A stretch of 63,972 bases of DNA, filler included, from Octopus bimaculoides (Eukaryota), in the NCBI RefSeq assembly GCF_001194135.2. It is 7 parts of 7 records of this genome, joined end to end, with 100 filler letters (N's around TTAATTAATTAA, not from the genome) between each part and the next. Parts side by side here need not be neighbours in the genome. Positions count along the whole stretch, not along the records: positions 34,175 to 58,047 come from NC_069000.1; positions 58,148 to 60,892 come from NC_068992.1; positions 60,993 to 62,752 come from NC_068990.1; 4 more parts are not named here. One strand, given 5' to 3'. Of this stretch, positions 47,223 through 61,292 are shown piece by piece (within the stretch, counting starts at the first letter, position 1; every line of letters begins with the position of its first letter). Made by a program: the position numbers and the translations under genes. The notes under the pieces were generated by a model. The model searched no databases. It saw only the letters and a list, made by a program, of their open reading frames with translations, and was not told the DNA's origin.

Positions 47223-47831
47223 NNNNNNNNNNNNNNNNNNNNNNNNNNNNNNNNNNNNNNNNNNNNNNNNNNNNNNNNNNNNNNNNNNNNNNNNNNNNNN
47301 NNNNNNNNNNNNNNNNNNNNNNNNNNNNNNNNNNNNNNNNNNNNNNNNNNNNNNNNNNNNNNNNNNNNNNNNNNNNNNNNNNNNNNNNNNNNNNNNNNNN
47401 NNNNNNNNNNNNNNNNNNNNNNNNNNNNNNNNNNNNNNNNNNNNNNNNNNNNNNNNNNNNNNNNNNNNNNNNNNNNNNNNNNNNNNNNNNNNNNNNNNNN
47501 NNNNNNNNNNNNNNNNNNNNNNNNNNNNNNNNNNNNNNNNNNNNNNNNNNNNNNNNNNNNNNNNNNNNNNNNNNNNNNNNNNNNNNNNNNNNNNNNNNNN
47601 NNNNNNNNNNNNNNNNNNNNNNNNNNNNNNNNNNNNNNNNNNNNNNNNNNNNNNNNNNNNNNNNNNNNNNNNNNNNNNNNNNNNNNNNNNNNNNNNNNNN
47701 NNNNNNNNNNNNNNNNNNNNNNNNNNNNNNNNNNNNNNNNNNNNNNNNNNNNNNNNNNNNNNNNNNNNNNNNNNNNNNNNNNNNNNNNNNNNNNNNNNNN
47801 NTATATATATATATATATATACATATATGTG

Positions 47832-47880
<49 letters not shown>

Positions 47881-48335
47881 CATAATAACAAATTATTTTA
47901 AATTCGACACCTTTATAACTCGAGTTTCAAGTCAGCTACCGGCAATAATCTCAAGTGCTGTCAACGGCACCGCTGTCATCATCACCAATCACCACCACCG
48001 CCACCACAACCATCCCCACCACCACCACTACCACCATCATCATTATCATCGCCCTCTACCTGCTCCTCTTTCTCGTCAACATTTCATCACCTTGTGTCAC
48101 ATGCTCCTCTCGCCTCTCCTCATTTTATCATCAGGAATCACCATTAACATGTATATATAAAATATGCAAATTTATACATAAAGAGATGTTCTGTATAAAA
48201 CTGCGAAATATCGAATCTCTTCGGTTCTCATTCTATCCATTTTCCAATTTCTCTTAAATCACCACCGCACTATAACATACATACATACATACATACATAC
48301 ATGCATACATACATACATGCATACATACATACATG

Positions 48336-48366
<31 letters not shown>

Positions 48367-49443
48367 GTACATACATATGTACATATTTACATACATATAT
48401 ATACATACATGCGTATATATACATACATACGTATATACATACATACGTATATACATACATACGCACATACATATATGTATATATACATATAGGCATACAT
48501 ATATACACACTTGCAAACGTACATAAATATATACAACCACACACACATACATAAATACATATATATACATATGCACACATAGATGCATACATATATATAT
48601 ATATATACATTACATACATACACACATGGATATATATTGGTACACACATGTGTATATGCATACATATACGCACACATANNNNNNNNNNNNNNNNNNNNNN
48701 NNNNNNNNNNNNNNNNNNNNNNNNNNNNNNNNNNNNNNNNNNNNNNNNNNNNNNNNNNNNNNNNNNNNNNNNNNNNNNNNNNNNNNNNNNNNNNNNNNNN
48801 NNNNNNNNNNNNNNNNNNNNNNNNNNNNNNNNNNNNNNNNNNNNNNNNNNNNNNNNNNNNNNNNNNNNNNNNNNNNNNNNNNNNNNNNNNNNNNNNNNNN
48901 NNNNNNNNNNNNNNNNNNNNNNNNNNNNNNNNNNNNNNNNNNNNNNNNNNNNNNNNNNNNNNNNNNNNNNNNNNNNNNNNNNNNNNNNNNNNNNNNNNNN
49001 NNNNNNNNNNNNNNNNNNNNNNNNNNNNNNNNNNNNNNNNNNNNNNNNNNNNNNNNNNNNNNNNNNNNNNNNNNNNNNNNNNNNNNNNNNNNNNNNNNNN
49101 NNNNNNNNNNNNNNNNNNNNNNNNNNNNNNNNNNNNNNNNNNNNNNNNNNNNNNNNNNNNNNNNNNNNNNNNNNNNNNNNNNNNNNNNNNNNNNNNNNNN
49201 NNNNNNNNNNNNNNNNNNNNNNNNNNNNNNNNNNNNNNNNNNNNNNNNNNNNNNNNNNNNNNNNNNNNNNNNNNNNNNNNNNNNNNNNNNNNNNNNNNNN
49301 NNNNNNNNNNNNNNNNNNNNNNNNNNNNNNNNNNNNNNNNNNNNNNNNNNNNNNNNNNNNNNNNNNNNNNNNNNNNNNNNNNNNNNNNNNNNNNNNNNNN
49401 NNNNNNNNNNNNNNNNNNNNNNNNNNNNNNNNNNNNNNNNNNN

Positions 49444-49482
<39 letters not shown>

Positions 49483-49908
49483 TATATAAGCATACATACA
49501 TATATAAATATATACGCACACACACATATATATATACATATGAGTATACATTTGAATATACGTATACAAACAGACATACATACACACAAACATACATACA
49601 TACATACATACATACACACACACATACATACACACACACATACGTACATACATACGTAAATTTTTTCGCACTCTTACATATACTTCGGCACACATACACA
49701 TTTTTTTTTTTACATAGAATTACAACTGAAGAATACGAGGCATTATATCTTCCTCATGTCATCGTTGGAATTATTCCATTTCCAAAGAGTCTCAGTTGAC
49801 AATTTTTCGCCAGAAGCTACACAACGCTTCCCTCTCATTAAACCATTTCTTATTTCTCACACGTATATTATTCATTTCTTTCTTTCTTTCTCTCCTTCTC
49901 CTCTTCTT

Positions 49909-49962
<54 letters not shown>

Positions 49963-50917
49963 TGTATTTCTTCATTTCATTCTTTCTTCCCCTCCTTCTC
50001 CTGTCCACTTAATCGTCCAACGAAAAGAAAGTGATATGATAACTGCCAGTCTGAGAAAAATTACTGAGGTTATAGGCGCAGGAGTGGCTGTGTGGTAAGT
50101 AGCTTGCTTNNNNNNNNNNNNNNNNNNNNNNNNNNNNNNNNNNNNNNNNNNNNNNNNNNNNNNNNNNNNNNNNNNNNNNNNNNNNNNNNNNNNNNNNNNN
50201 NNNNNNNNNNNNNNNNNNNNNNNNNNNNNNNNNNNNNNNNNNNNNNNNNNNNNNNNNNNNNNNNNNNNNNNNNNNNNNNNNNNNNNNNNNNNNNNNNNNN
50301 NNNNNNNNNNNNNNNNNNNNNNNNNNNNNNNNNNNNNNNNNNNNNNNNNNNNNNNNNNNNNNNNNNNNNNNNNNNNNNNNNNNNNNNNNNNNNNNNNNNN
50401 NNNNNNNNNNNNNNNNNNNNNNNNNNNNNNNNNNNNNNNNNNNNNNNNNNNNNNNNNNNNNNNNNNNNNNNNNNNNNNNNNNNNNNNNNNNNNNNNNNNN
50501 NNNNNNNNNNNNNNNNNNNNNNNNNNNNNNNNNNNNNNNNNNNNNNNNNNNNNNNNNNNNNNNNNNNNNNNNNNNNNNNNNNNNNNNNNNNNNNNNNNNN
50601 NNNNNNNNNNNNNNNNNNNNNNNNNNNNNNNACAACGTCGATATATACACACAAATATCAAAGTATATATAGAGCAATAATATCTTCAATGATTGCTTAA
50701 TTCAATTAATTAGCACTGCAATTAAATCCCACGCCCAAATCTACACCACCACCAGCAACCCACCAGCAATAAAAAACAGGCCAAACACCGAGGGAAATGC
50801 AAAAATATCTTCACTCGCCTTTATTGCGGTGAAGGGAATAATCTGGGGTTATAATGGATGATGGTAGATCGATAGATAGATCGATAGATGGATCGATAGA
50901 TAGACAGACAGACAGAC

Positions 50918-50964
<47 letters not shown>

Positions 50965-51135
50965 TAGATGGATGGATGGATAGATGGATAGAGATGTATT
51001 TATATATGTATATCTTTTACTTGTTTCAGTCATTTTTGACTGCGGCCATGCTGGTGCACCGAATGAATCGACCCCAGTACTTATTTATTTTTAATGCTGG
51101 CACTGGCGAAACGCAGCAGCAGCAGCAGCAGTAGC

Positions 51136-51182
<47 letters not shown>

Positions 51183-52194
51183 CTAATTATTTGGTGCGAA
51201 ATATTTTGTTTAATAAGATTATTGATAACTTGTCCATTTCGTCCATCTTCTCCAAATGGCGTGGGACCAGAAACTCCTCAGCAAAATTATAGCCGTCTTG
51301 AGACAAAGTAATTTCAATGAGGCCCCTAAATATACAACTATATATCAGCAATGGTTCCCAAGAACCGTTGCCCCCTCTCTAAACCCTGGAAAATTGCTCA
51401 GTGTGCCCATGACTTCAAACGGCATAACATGCGCCTGTTCGTTCTTTTTTACCGATGTATTGCCATAGTGTATCTTGGGCTATATACGCTATCCAATATC
51501 ACCTTTTTAAGATTGTAGCATGTAGCTTTTTGTCGATTTCCCTGCTATTTTTAGCAGATCTAACGACCATATTGAGGTTTTGCTTTTGGGCAAATAAAAG
51601 ACAATAGTTCTATAAAACAGAAATGAGAGAATTCGAACCACGTTTTCTATATGTTCTATCTCATTTCTTGGGACTGCTTTGCCAACTGTACCACTGTGCT
51701 TCTACTAACAGAGAACTGTTTTAAGATGTGTGTGAGAGTGACATCTGGTGAAGATTGTCCCAAATGTGATTAATTAGCCACGGTTGGAAAGGAAAATATG
51801 TGTAAAGTAATTAAGAAACATGAGAACGGGTGGTGTGGGTTGTTTTATGGGTTGTGGGAAGGGGGATGTTTAAGGGTGGGGGTATTGCAAAACAATGATG
51901 AGTAACATCACATCCGGTTGAACAAATACACGTTAAATGGTCTGTGCTAAACCCTAACAAACCGCTACCGTTACCACCACCTCCAACACTGCTGCTACTA
52001 ATATTACTACTATTACAACAACCACTACCACCATCAACACCAGCAGTACCATTGCAACTACCACTACTACTTTTGCTACCACCGTTACTGTTTCTACTAC
52101 CATCTCCACTACTAGCACCAGCTGCAGTACCACCACCACCGCCACCACAACTACTACTACTGGTGCTGCTCCTGCTGCTCCTGCTGCTCAACCA

Positions 52195-52600
52195 ACCAAG
52201 CCAACAATGACCCAAACAATCAACCAGCCAAACTACCAGCCAACCAGCTTAATCAACTAACCAGCTAACCAATGAAACAGTCACCTAACCTTAATTCATC
52301 AACTAATTAACCAAAGCAATCAACCAGCCAACCAATGAGACAATTAACCAACCAAGTAACCAAGCAATTAACCAACCTACCAATTTTTCAATCAGCCAAC
52401 CAGCCAATGAACTAATCAACCAACCAGCAATTAATCAACCAACCAAGAAATTAACCAACCCAGCAATTAGCCAATCAACCAACCAATGAGGCAATCAACT
52501 AACTAACAATCAACCAACCACGCAATTAACCAAGCAAGTAATTAGCTAATCAGCCAGCCAGCCAACCAACCAATGAGGCAATCAACTAACCAACCAACTG
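52195..52600. repeat. Degenerate (AACC)n-based repeat with recurring CAACCAACCAATGAG.CAAT
   Basis: Read directly. Confidence 0.8.
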
Positions 52601-52606
52601 GTCGTT

Positions 52607-52649
<43 letters not shown>

Positions 52650-52655
<6 letters not shown>

Positions 52656-52870
52656 CTGTCTGTGTTTGTCTCTCACGATCGTTTGACAACCGGTGTTAGT
52701 GTGTTTATGACCCCATAAGCTAGCTATTCGGCAAAGCAGTTGATTGAATTATTTCCAGGTTTTAAAAAAAGATTAAGTACAGAGGGTCGATTCCTTCGAC
52801 AAAAACCTTTTCAAGGCGGTGCCCCAGCATGGCCGCAGTCTAATGACTGAAACAAGTACAAGATACAAAA
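52650..52870 (+). mobile_element. Family A 3' module without head, following (TG)n
   Basis: GTTTGACAACCGGTGTTAGTGTGTTTATG...CCCCAGCATGGCCGCAGTCTAATGACTGAAACAAGTA. Confidence 0.8.
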
Positions 52871-53689
52871 AAATAAACAATCCAGTCAACCAACCATACC
52901 TCCACATTCCTCTCCCCACAGCCAATCAAATAGCCCAATCACTTCACCAACCAACGAACTAACCAATCAGCCAATCGACGCTGCATATAATAGACCACTT
53001 AAGCGATATTAAAGTTGTATCTACAGATTTCTTAACGCAGAACTTTTAAAAAAAATAAAAGAAACACATTCACAAATATAGGATTTCTTGCAATGGTTTT
53101 TCTCTCTTCTACTGACTCCGCGCCTTCACAACACGCACCACCCTCCACCATTGCCAGCACCCCTGTCTACAAGAATTTGATGTTAAAACCAGACCAATTT
53201 CCTGAAACACGAAACATAAACAGATTTGTTTTCAATTTCTCCTCCTTCAGTTTGTGTTTGGATGCGTTGTTTTTCAAGGGTCTTGAAGAGGAGAAAGGAG
53301 TTAGAAGTTAGGGATTAGATTCTTCTGATGGTAGTTGTGTGGTTATGAAGCCTGGTTTGCGACCGCGTGGTTTTCGGTTCAATCCTATTGCGTGGCCGGC
53401 CAATGCCATGTGAGTGAGTTTGGTAGATGGAAGACAGTCGCGCATATATATATATATATATATATATGTAATTATAAAATCTGGTAATTAATCATATATT
53501 AATTAATATCGATTAATTATCAGGAGGCCAGCACATCTAAAGAATCAAAGAGATTCAGAAATAGTATCTGCAATCTCAGGGGATTAAGGTACATTTTTTA
53601 AAAAATAACGTTGACCACTAACGTGGACAATTAATGTGCTAGAAATAGATCACATCTTGTGTCTATTAAGACAGTTTTACAAAATATTT

Positions 53690-53725
<36 letters not shown>

Positions 53726-53947
53726 ATATAAGTATGCATGTACGTATGCATACCATACATAAATTGTGGATAATATATTGTCTGACAACGTAATTTATAT
53801 TACATACATTTTTAAGACGGTAAAGTGTTTTGAGGGAGATTTGGTTCTTATATCTAGCAAATTAAGCGACAACGTAGAGGCTCGCTCGTTAACTCGTTGT
53901 CGTTGTCGTTGTTGGTGGTGGTGGCAAAGCTGGTTTCGTTACTGATA

Positions 53948-53978
<31 letters not shown>

Positions 53979-54334
53979 CGACGATGTTTATAGTGACACT
54001 GGTGATGCTGATGCTGACGATAAAACCAGACGCATGAGAAATCTATCTTCCACGATAAATCCTTGTCCTTCCGCTTTCCCCTCTTCATTACTTTTTAATC
54101 CACTACAAATCTCCATAAAGATAACATCACATGGAGACGACAGTGGTTTAAAGATGTACAAACACAGTTCATAAAATAGAAACGACAGAGAGAAGAGAAG
54201 CGAATGATTTATTGCAGCCGAGAGATCCGTGTATCGTCTGCTTGTTGTCACGTGAGCAACATTAAATGGCGACCGCAGTCGTTTAAGGGTGTGCAATCGC
54301 AGCGTTTAAAAAATGACGGGGATCGAACAAGTGA

Positions 54335-54466
54335 ATGCATGGCTGGGTGGGAAAAATTAAGAAGTATGCTTTCCAGCCAAATGGTTTGGGGTTCAGTGCC
54401 ACTGCGTGGCACCTTGGACGGGTGGCTTTCACTATATCCCCGGGTCGACCAAAGACTTGTGAGTGG

Positions 54467-54522
<56 letters not shown>

Positions 54523-54707
54523 CATTATTATTATTATTATTATTATTATTGGCAGAATTGTTACCGTGCTGGACAAAATGCTTAGCAGCATTTCTCCCGG
54601 CTCTTTAAGTTCTGATTTTAAGTCTTTCCGAGGTCGACTTTGCTTGTAACTTTTCGGGTCGATAGAATAAGTACCCTTTGAGTCCAGGGGGTCGATGAAT
54701 TCAACTA
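54335..54707 (+). mobile_element. Family A head + (ATT)n + family B copy
   Basis: A head 54335-54467, (ATT)n to 54548, B copy 54549-54707. Confidence 0.8.
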
Positions 54708-54924
54708 GTCCTTTAACGTAGTTCGCAAGGAGATTCAGTGTGACACGGAATGTGACAAGCCTGGGCCTTTGAATTACAAATGCAACTGATTTTTGCCAGC
54801 TGAGCGGGCTGGAGTAATGTGAAATAAAGTGTCTTGCTGAAGGACACAAAGCAACACCGAGAATCGAACCCGCGATTGGGGTATTCGTGAGCCGAATACT
54901 CCAACCACTAAGCCGCGCGCTTTC
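54708..54924 (-). mobile_element. SINE family E (tRNA head + GTGTCCTT.AGCAAGACAC domain + family D-like segment); second copy 56274-56428 (+)
   Basis: Reverse strand GGCTTAGTGGTT...GGTTCGATTCTC...GTGTCCTTCAGCAAGACACTTTATTTCAC...TGTAATTCAAAGG...GAACTACGTTAAAGG. Confidence 0.75.
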
Positions 54925-55405
54925 AATTGGTTCTACTGGCAAGGGAGTTAACTCTGAACGTCTATGGTTATTTGGCTTCGTCAGCGATAGTATAGCCTAC
55001 ATCACCGTTTACCGTCTCCGTTATATTGAAATGTTGATAAAAAGAGAGAAAGAGAGACAGACAGACAGAATGACAGACAATCAAAAAGAGAGAGGGAGAA
55101 ACAAATGTTGCCTGGGAATAGGATTAATTAATTAGTTTAGTGACAAAGAAGCAGTGATATTGTGTTCAAGTAATGAAGAAAATATGGCGATCATTATACC
55201 TAATGTGTTTTTAATGTCGTAAAATAATAATAAAACAAGGATGTAATATGAGGTGATTAGGAAACTATTAGAGATTAACAAACACTAGCTAACCCCTAAA
55301 TATTTAGGTCAAAGCCCTTGATAACTCTCTGCCTATGAGTGTATGTATGCACGCCACATCATGTGTGTATGTGTGTGTATGTATGTATATCTATCTATCT
55401 ATCTA

Positions 55406-55436
<31 letters not shown>

Positions 55437-55770
55437 NNNNNNNNNNNNNNNNNNNNNNNNNNNNNNNNNNNNNNNNNNNNNNNNNNNNNNNNNNNNNNNN
55501 NNNNNNNNNNNNNNNNNNNNNNNNNNNNNNNNNNNNNNNNNNGTGTGTAAACGTGTATATTTCCGTATTCCCGAGCGTCATACTAATACATCCTTTTGTT
55601 GTTTACACCACCTGTCCTCGTCTGTTGTTGTTTTTTTTCGTACATTCTCCCATATATATATATATATATATACATACCTACATATACATATATACGTATA
55701 TATATACTTAGATGTATATGTATATATATATTATATATATATATACAAACATATAAATATAAGCATGCAT

Positions 55771-55864
<94 letters not shown>

Positions 55865-57367
55865 CAAATAAGATGTGGATTTAAGAAATCCAAGCGAGTA
55901 CCTCAGTCAGCACTCATTGTGAAATCCAGTCTTTGCGAATGTACAGAATGGAAAATTCAATTCAGCATTTCCGTTAATTTAAACCAAAGACTTTCCATAC
56001 AAATAAGAGAATTGAAGGAAATTTTCCGATCAAGAAGAGATTGTGCATCAATCGTAAAACCTTTACATAAACATAGAGATCTATAAGAGACGAGGGCATT
56101 CGATGCAATTGTTTCGCTAATTAGCAGAAATGTTACATCAATTAACATTTTAAGACTTTATTGGTTTTACATAAGTGTTTTTGGTTATTTAGTATAACCT
56201 CACATGTTAATTTATGTAACATTTCCACCGGTTATTGAAACGATCGTTAAGTGATTAATAAGTGTAAGATGAGAAGGAGCGGGGCTTAGTGGTTAGGTTT
56301 TCCGGCTCACGATCGTAAATTCGTGTGTTCGATTCCTGGCGGTGTGTTGTGTCTTTTACTAAAATACTTCGTTTCACATTGTGCCAGTCCACTAGGCTGG
56401 TAAAAATGAGTTGTACCGGTAATTTAAAGTAGGAGGAGGAGGAAGACGACGACGATGACAACGATGACAGCGGCGATGATGGTGATGATGATGATGACGA
56501 TCAACGCAGATGCATGTCACCATCAACACCACCACCCGTTACTGCTTACAGAGAAGGTCCACTTTTAAATTTAGTGGGGGTCATAAAATCTACGTAGTGC
56601 CGATTTAGATTGATTAAGACGCTCCTGTCCTCCCACCCCCGTTTTGAAAAATGTTGATGTTGTTGCTGTTAGGATGGAAAACGCAGCAAGGCAATAATTA
56701 GTTTGACCTTAATACTTAATTTGTACTTCGCCTGATTACAAAAACTACTACTGCTGCTGCCGTTGCTACTACTACTACGAATAAAACTACTACAGCAAGA
56801 TGGTCGCTCGTCTGGTTAGAAATAGCTGCCACATCTCCGTGAAAGCACGCCAATTGTCATAAAAGATGGAATGATACCTTGAAGAATATTGTAGTTTCTG
56901 ATAGAGATGGGACTGTGGTGATTGGCTGGGACATCTTTGATCAAAATTCAGCTCAACCAAGCAACAACAACAACAACAACGACAATAATAATAAAACATG
57001 AGCCAATGAGCAAACTTATATGTGGTCGCTTGAAATGCAAGAAATAATAGCCAAGTCTCGTTGAATCATGTTCCTACGGTCTTTTAAAAAAATTAATACA
57101 GTATGAACTTAGACTGCTTCCAGATGCCGGACCCTAGTGTGGGAGTCCCAGTGTCTTCAGAAGTGTGGAGCCACTTGTTAGCTACTATTATAACCAGGCT
57201 TACTCTGACCCGAAACGGCACCGCAAGCCAGGGTCCCTGCTAACAAGCGAGAAAAGCAACGTATATCAGTTCACAGGGAACGCTTTGAGCTGACAATGGT
57301 AATCTTATACTCTTTTCCCCGAAAGCAATAATTCCCAACATGGCTTCCATAAGGGTTCTTGGGGTCT

Positions 57368-57503
57368 ATACCAAATCCACTCACAAGGCTTTGGTCGGCC
57401 CGAGGCTATAGTAGAAGACACTTGCCCAAGGTGCCATGCAGTGGGACTGAACTTGGAACCATGTGGTTGGTAAGCAAGCTACTTACCACACAGCCACTCC
57501 TAC
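57368..57503 (-). mobile_element. SINE family A head
   Basis: ACCAAATCCACTCACAAGGCTTTGGTCGGCCCGAGG...CACAGCCACTCCTA. Confidence 0.9.
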
Positions 57504-58150
57504 CCCCTTTTAATTTTAATTTCTTTTATATATAAATTCTCTAATATTTAATTTTAAAAATACAGTAGGGTTCTTATATACACTTTGGAGTTCCACGTGA
57601 GTGAAATAGGAATCAAAGAGGTCCATAGGCAAAAAATGGTGGAGCCCCGCTAACCCAGGGCGAGGATTTTTTTTTTTTTTCACTCCACGGTAAACTGCAT
57701 TGAAATAGCCATTACAAAGTTGAATATCCGAAATATATTTGAACTGACTTGAAGTTTGAAGTTTGTTTATTTTCCATCATTACTTCATTCTACTAAATAC
57801 ATATCTGTGCATGTTTGAGTTGGTGTGTTAACCAATCTTTGGTCCTCTTATCTTGCACTCACTCATTCACTCACTCACTCGTGAGGAAAATGCGAAGAGA
57901 TATAAAGGTGTAGTGGTGGGTCCCTTCGTTTCCGCCCATTGCTATCTAAATTGCTTTGACCTTTTCTTTGGTTTTAATTGGTCGAAGGTCAATTATCTCT
58001 CAATGAGGGGTCACGAGATGGAAAACTTCTTAAAGAGGCTCTTAGCCNNNNNNNNNNNNNNNNNNNNNNNNNNNNNNNNNNNNNNNNNNNNTTAATTAAT
58101 TAANNNNNNNNNNNNNNNNNNNNNNNNNNNNNNNNNNNNNNNNNNNNTGT

Positions 58151-58231
<81 letters not shown>

Positions 58232-58681
58232 TGTGTGTTCGAAATCTGTCTTTGAAGATTAAGATGTGAGAAGTCTTCACATTTGTTAATTCTTTTCTTT
58301 TATGTTCTTTATAAATTATTTTTATTATTTTCTTGTTGCTGTTGGAAATTACAAAGATAGCTTTAAAGGTAAAACTGGAAGATAGCATCGGTTGCTAGGG
58401 AAGATATGTTCAGTTTCTAATGATCGTTGTGATAATGATGATGATGATGATGACGACGGCGGCGGCGGCGGCGGTGATGTTGGTGGTGGTGGTGGTGGTG
58501 GTGGTGGTGCTTGACGATGGCGATGATGATTGTGATGGTGATGATGATGATGATTCTGTGGATGAAAAGTATGGGAAACTTAATGACGATGATTGCCGTG
58601 ATGATAAAAATGATGATAAAGATGAGTAGAATAATAGCAACATAATAGCAACAACAACATCGATGGCAGTAGTTGCAGTAA

Positions 58682-58717
<36 letters not shown>

Positions 58718-59296
58718 TAGTAGTAGTAGTTGCAGCAGCAGCAGCAGCAGCAGCAGTAACAGCAGCAGCAGCAGTTGTAGTAGTAGTAGTAGTAGTAGTA
58801 GAAGAGTGGTTGTGGAAGTAATAATAACAATAATAATGATGATGATGATGATGATGATATTAAGAGAAATAATAACACCAATAAGAACAAAAACAAGAAT
58901 GATAAGAACAGCAAATGCAGCAACAACAACAACAACACCAACAACAACACCAACAACAGCACCAAGCAGCACAACCACAAGAACAATAGTTGTTCCTGAT
59001 ACAAAAGATCACATGTTTTGATTATCAGAATATGTATTCCAGTTGAATCAAAAAATAGCCAATTATCTTCTCGAGAAAATTATTGTCATAATATATCTGG
59101 TGGATATTAGCGAATGTAGTGTGCGAACGCATACACGCATACGCCTGTACATTCGCGCCAACATATGTATTACAAGAATTGACGCATGTTAACATACACA
59201 CACTCGCGCGCGCATGCACACACGCGCGCACACACGCGCACATACATGCGCGACGCTCACAGATAGACAAACCCACATACACACACATAGATACAT

Positions 59297-59358
<62 letters not shown>

Positions 59359-60992
59359 ATATATATGTATGTATGGATTTATATATATATATACGTACGT
59401 ATGCGTACATGCATAAACACGTACGAATATATATATATATGCACATATAATTGTAAATAAATACGTACGTACACATTCACAGACACACAGAAACTACAAA
59501 ACACGCATATTCAAGCACGAAAGCATGCATACACACGCACATATATACACATGCTTTCTATATTCGCTGGTGGATGTTCTTTTGATACCAGTGGAGATTA
59601 TGTAGCATACATGCTTGTGAATGTGAGTGATTGAGTGTGTGTAATTATAATGAATTATAGGCATTTACACGAACAAAATTATTGTACTCAATAGTTGTAA
59701 TAGAGTTAGTGTATATGCAGTGACATGGTATTGTATTTTGGGTACAGAAAATAAAGGAAAGGTGTATCTTTGATAAAATGAATAAGGAACATTACGTGTT
59801 TCAAGTATATATGTTGGTAACTGTGAGATAGTTTTCTCGGGTAGTTATACAGAAATGAGAGAAACATACAGAGTTTATGATAGTAAACGAATGAGATGAG
59901 AAATGTCTATTAGTTGGTTATACATGAAGAAGGCAGTAGAAACTTGAGAAAAGTTTCTTGATGAAAGTAACGTGTTAATTCAATCTGCAGACATAATTGG
60001 ATATCTTTATAGGATTCTTTTTGCAGCATTTCTAAGGGAAGATGTTTGGTTATAACATCTTTGCTTGAAACACCACCCTGCTAACATATATATGCGACGT
60101 ATAAAAATTTTATCGAGCTAGATAATTTCAACTTTGTATCGTAGAGGTGATTTCAGTTTCATTCAGAAATTTACAAAGCTAACATTTGGCTCAAATATTG
60201 AGTATATCTCAACACGTCACTCGACCTTCATTTAGAAGGTACTTTGAAAAATTTTGGCCCCAAGATAACCATTGCTTCTCATATAAATAATGGAAATTTC
60301 ATACATATTACTCTCAAAGTAAAAAAACCAACGTAAACCCTCAGCGAACGCCAATATTCTGACCGGACAGTGATGTTACAAACACTTGTGAGCTGAGCAT
60401 AGCTTAAAATACTTCATAGTTACAAAATTTATTAAAGCTACAGATTATGTCAATGTCTCATCAGAAAACTTTATTAAATTAATAACTAACTTTAAAAAGA
60501 AAAACGTTACTATTTTGATAATTCGTACTGAAACACAATATTATGCCAAATAAACAATCCTCTCCTCAAATAATTAAATATGTGTGTGCACACGCGTACG
60601 CATACGTGTGTGTGTGTGTATGTATTCCCTTACACACACATATATACACACAAACACACACACATATAGACATGAAGCTTCTGCCAAAAATGTAATATCG
60701 GAAACTCTATACGATAACGCTCAATTAACGTTAAGAATACTAAAAGTGGTTTAGATCCGTTACAAGATGAGTCCTTGGCATAAGCCTTACCATGAAATTT
60801 GCAAATAGACATGTACAGTCACAGATGGACTATATTGTTATACATACATGTATCACATATATCCTTATATATATATATATATATATATATATNNNNNNNN
60901 NNNNNNNNNNNNNNNNNNNNNNNNNNNNNNNNNNNNTTAATTAATTAANNNNNNNNNNNNNNNNNNNNNNNNNNNNNNNNNNNNNNNNNNNN

Positions 60993-61221
60993 TATATTTC
61001 TCACCTTAAAAGCATGGTTTATCTTTATATATTTCTCACCTTAAAAGCATGGTTTATCTTTATATATTTCTCACCTTAAAAGCATGGTTTATCTTTATAT
61101 ATTTCTCACCTTAAAAGCATGGTTTATCTTCATATATTTCTCACCTTAAAAGCATGGTTTATCTTTATATATTTCTCACCTTAAAAGCATGGTTTATCTT
61201 TATATATTTCCCACCTTAAAA
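60993..61221. repeat. 35-bp minisatellite, ~6.5 near-identical copies
   Basis: Unit ATATATTTCTCACCTTAAAAGCATGGTTTATCTTT; TCACCTTAAA at 61001, 61036, 61071, 61106, 61141, 61176 and (CCACC) 61211. Truncated by a scaffold linker. Confidence 0.95.
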
Positions 61222-61292
61222 CACCAGGCAAGTTACGTCTTTTATTTTTAACATTTTGAGGTTAGGGTTTCATAAAAAGGGTTTCACAGGTC

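Noticed and set aside
60993-61221. 35-bp direct repeats resembling a CRISPR array
   Set aside because: Units are contiguous with no spacers, the context is eukaryotic and there are no cas genes.
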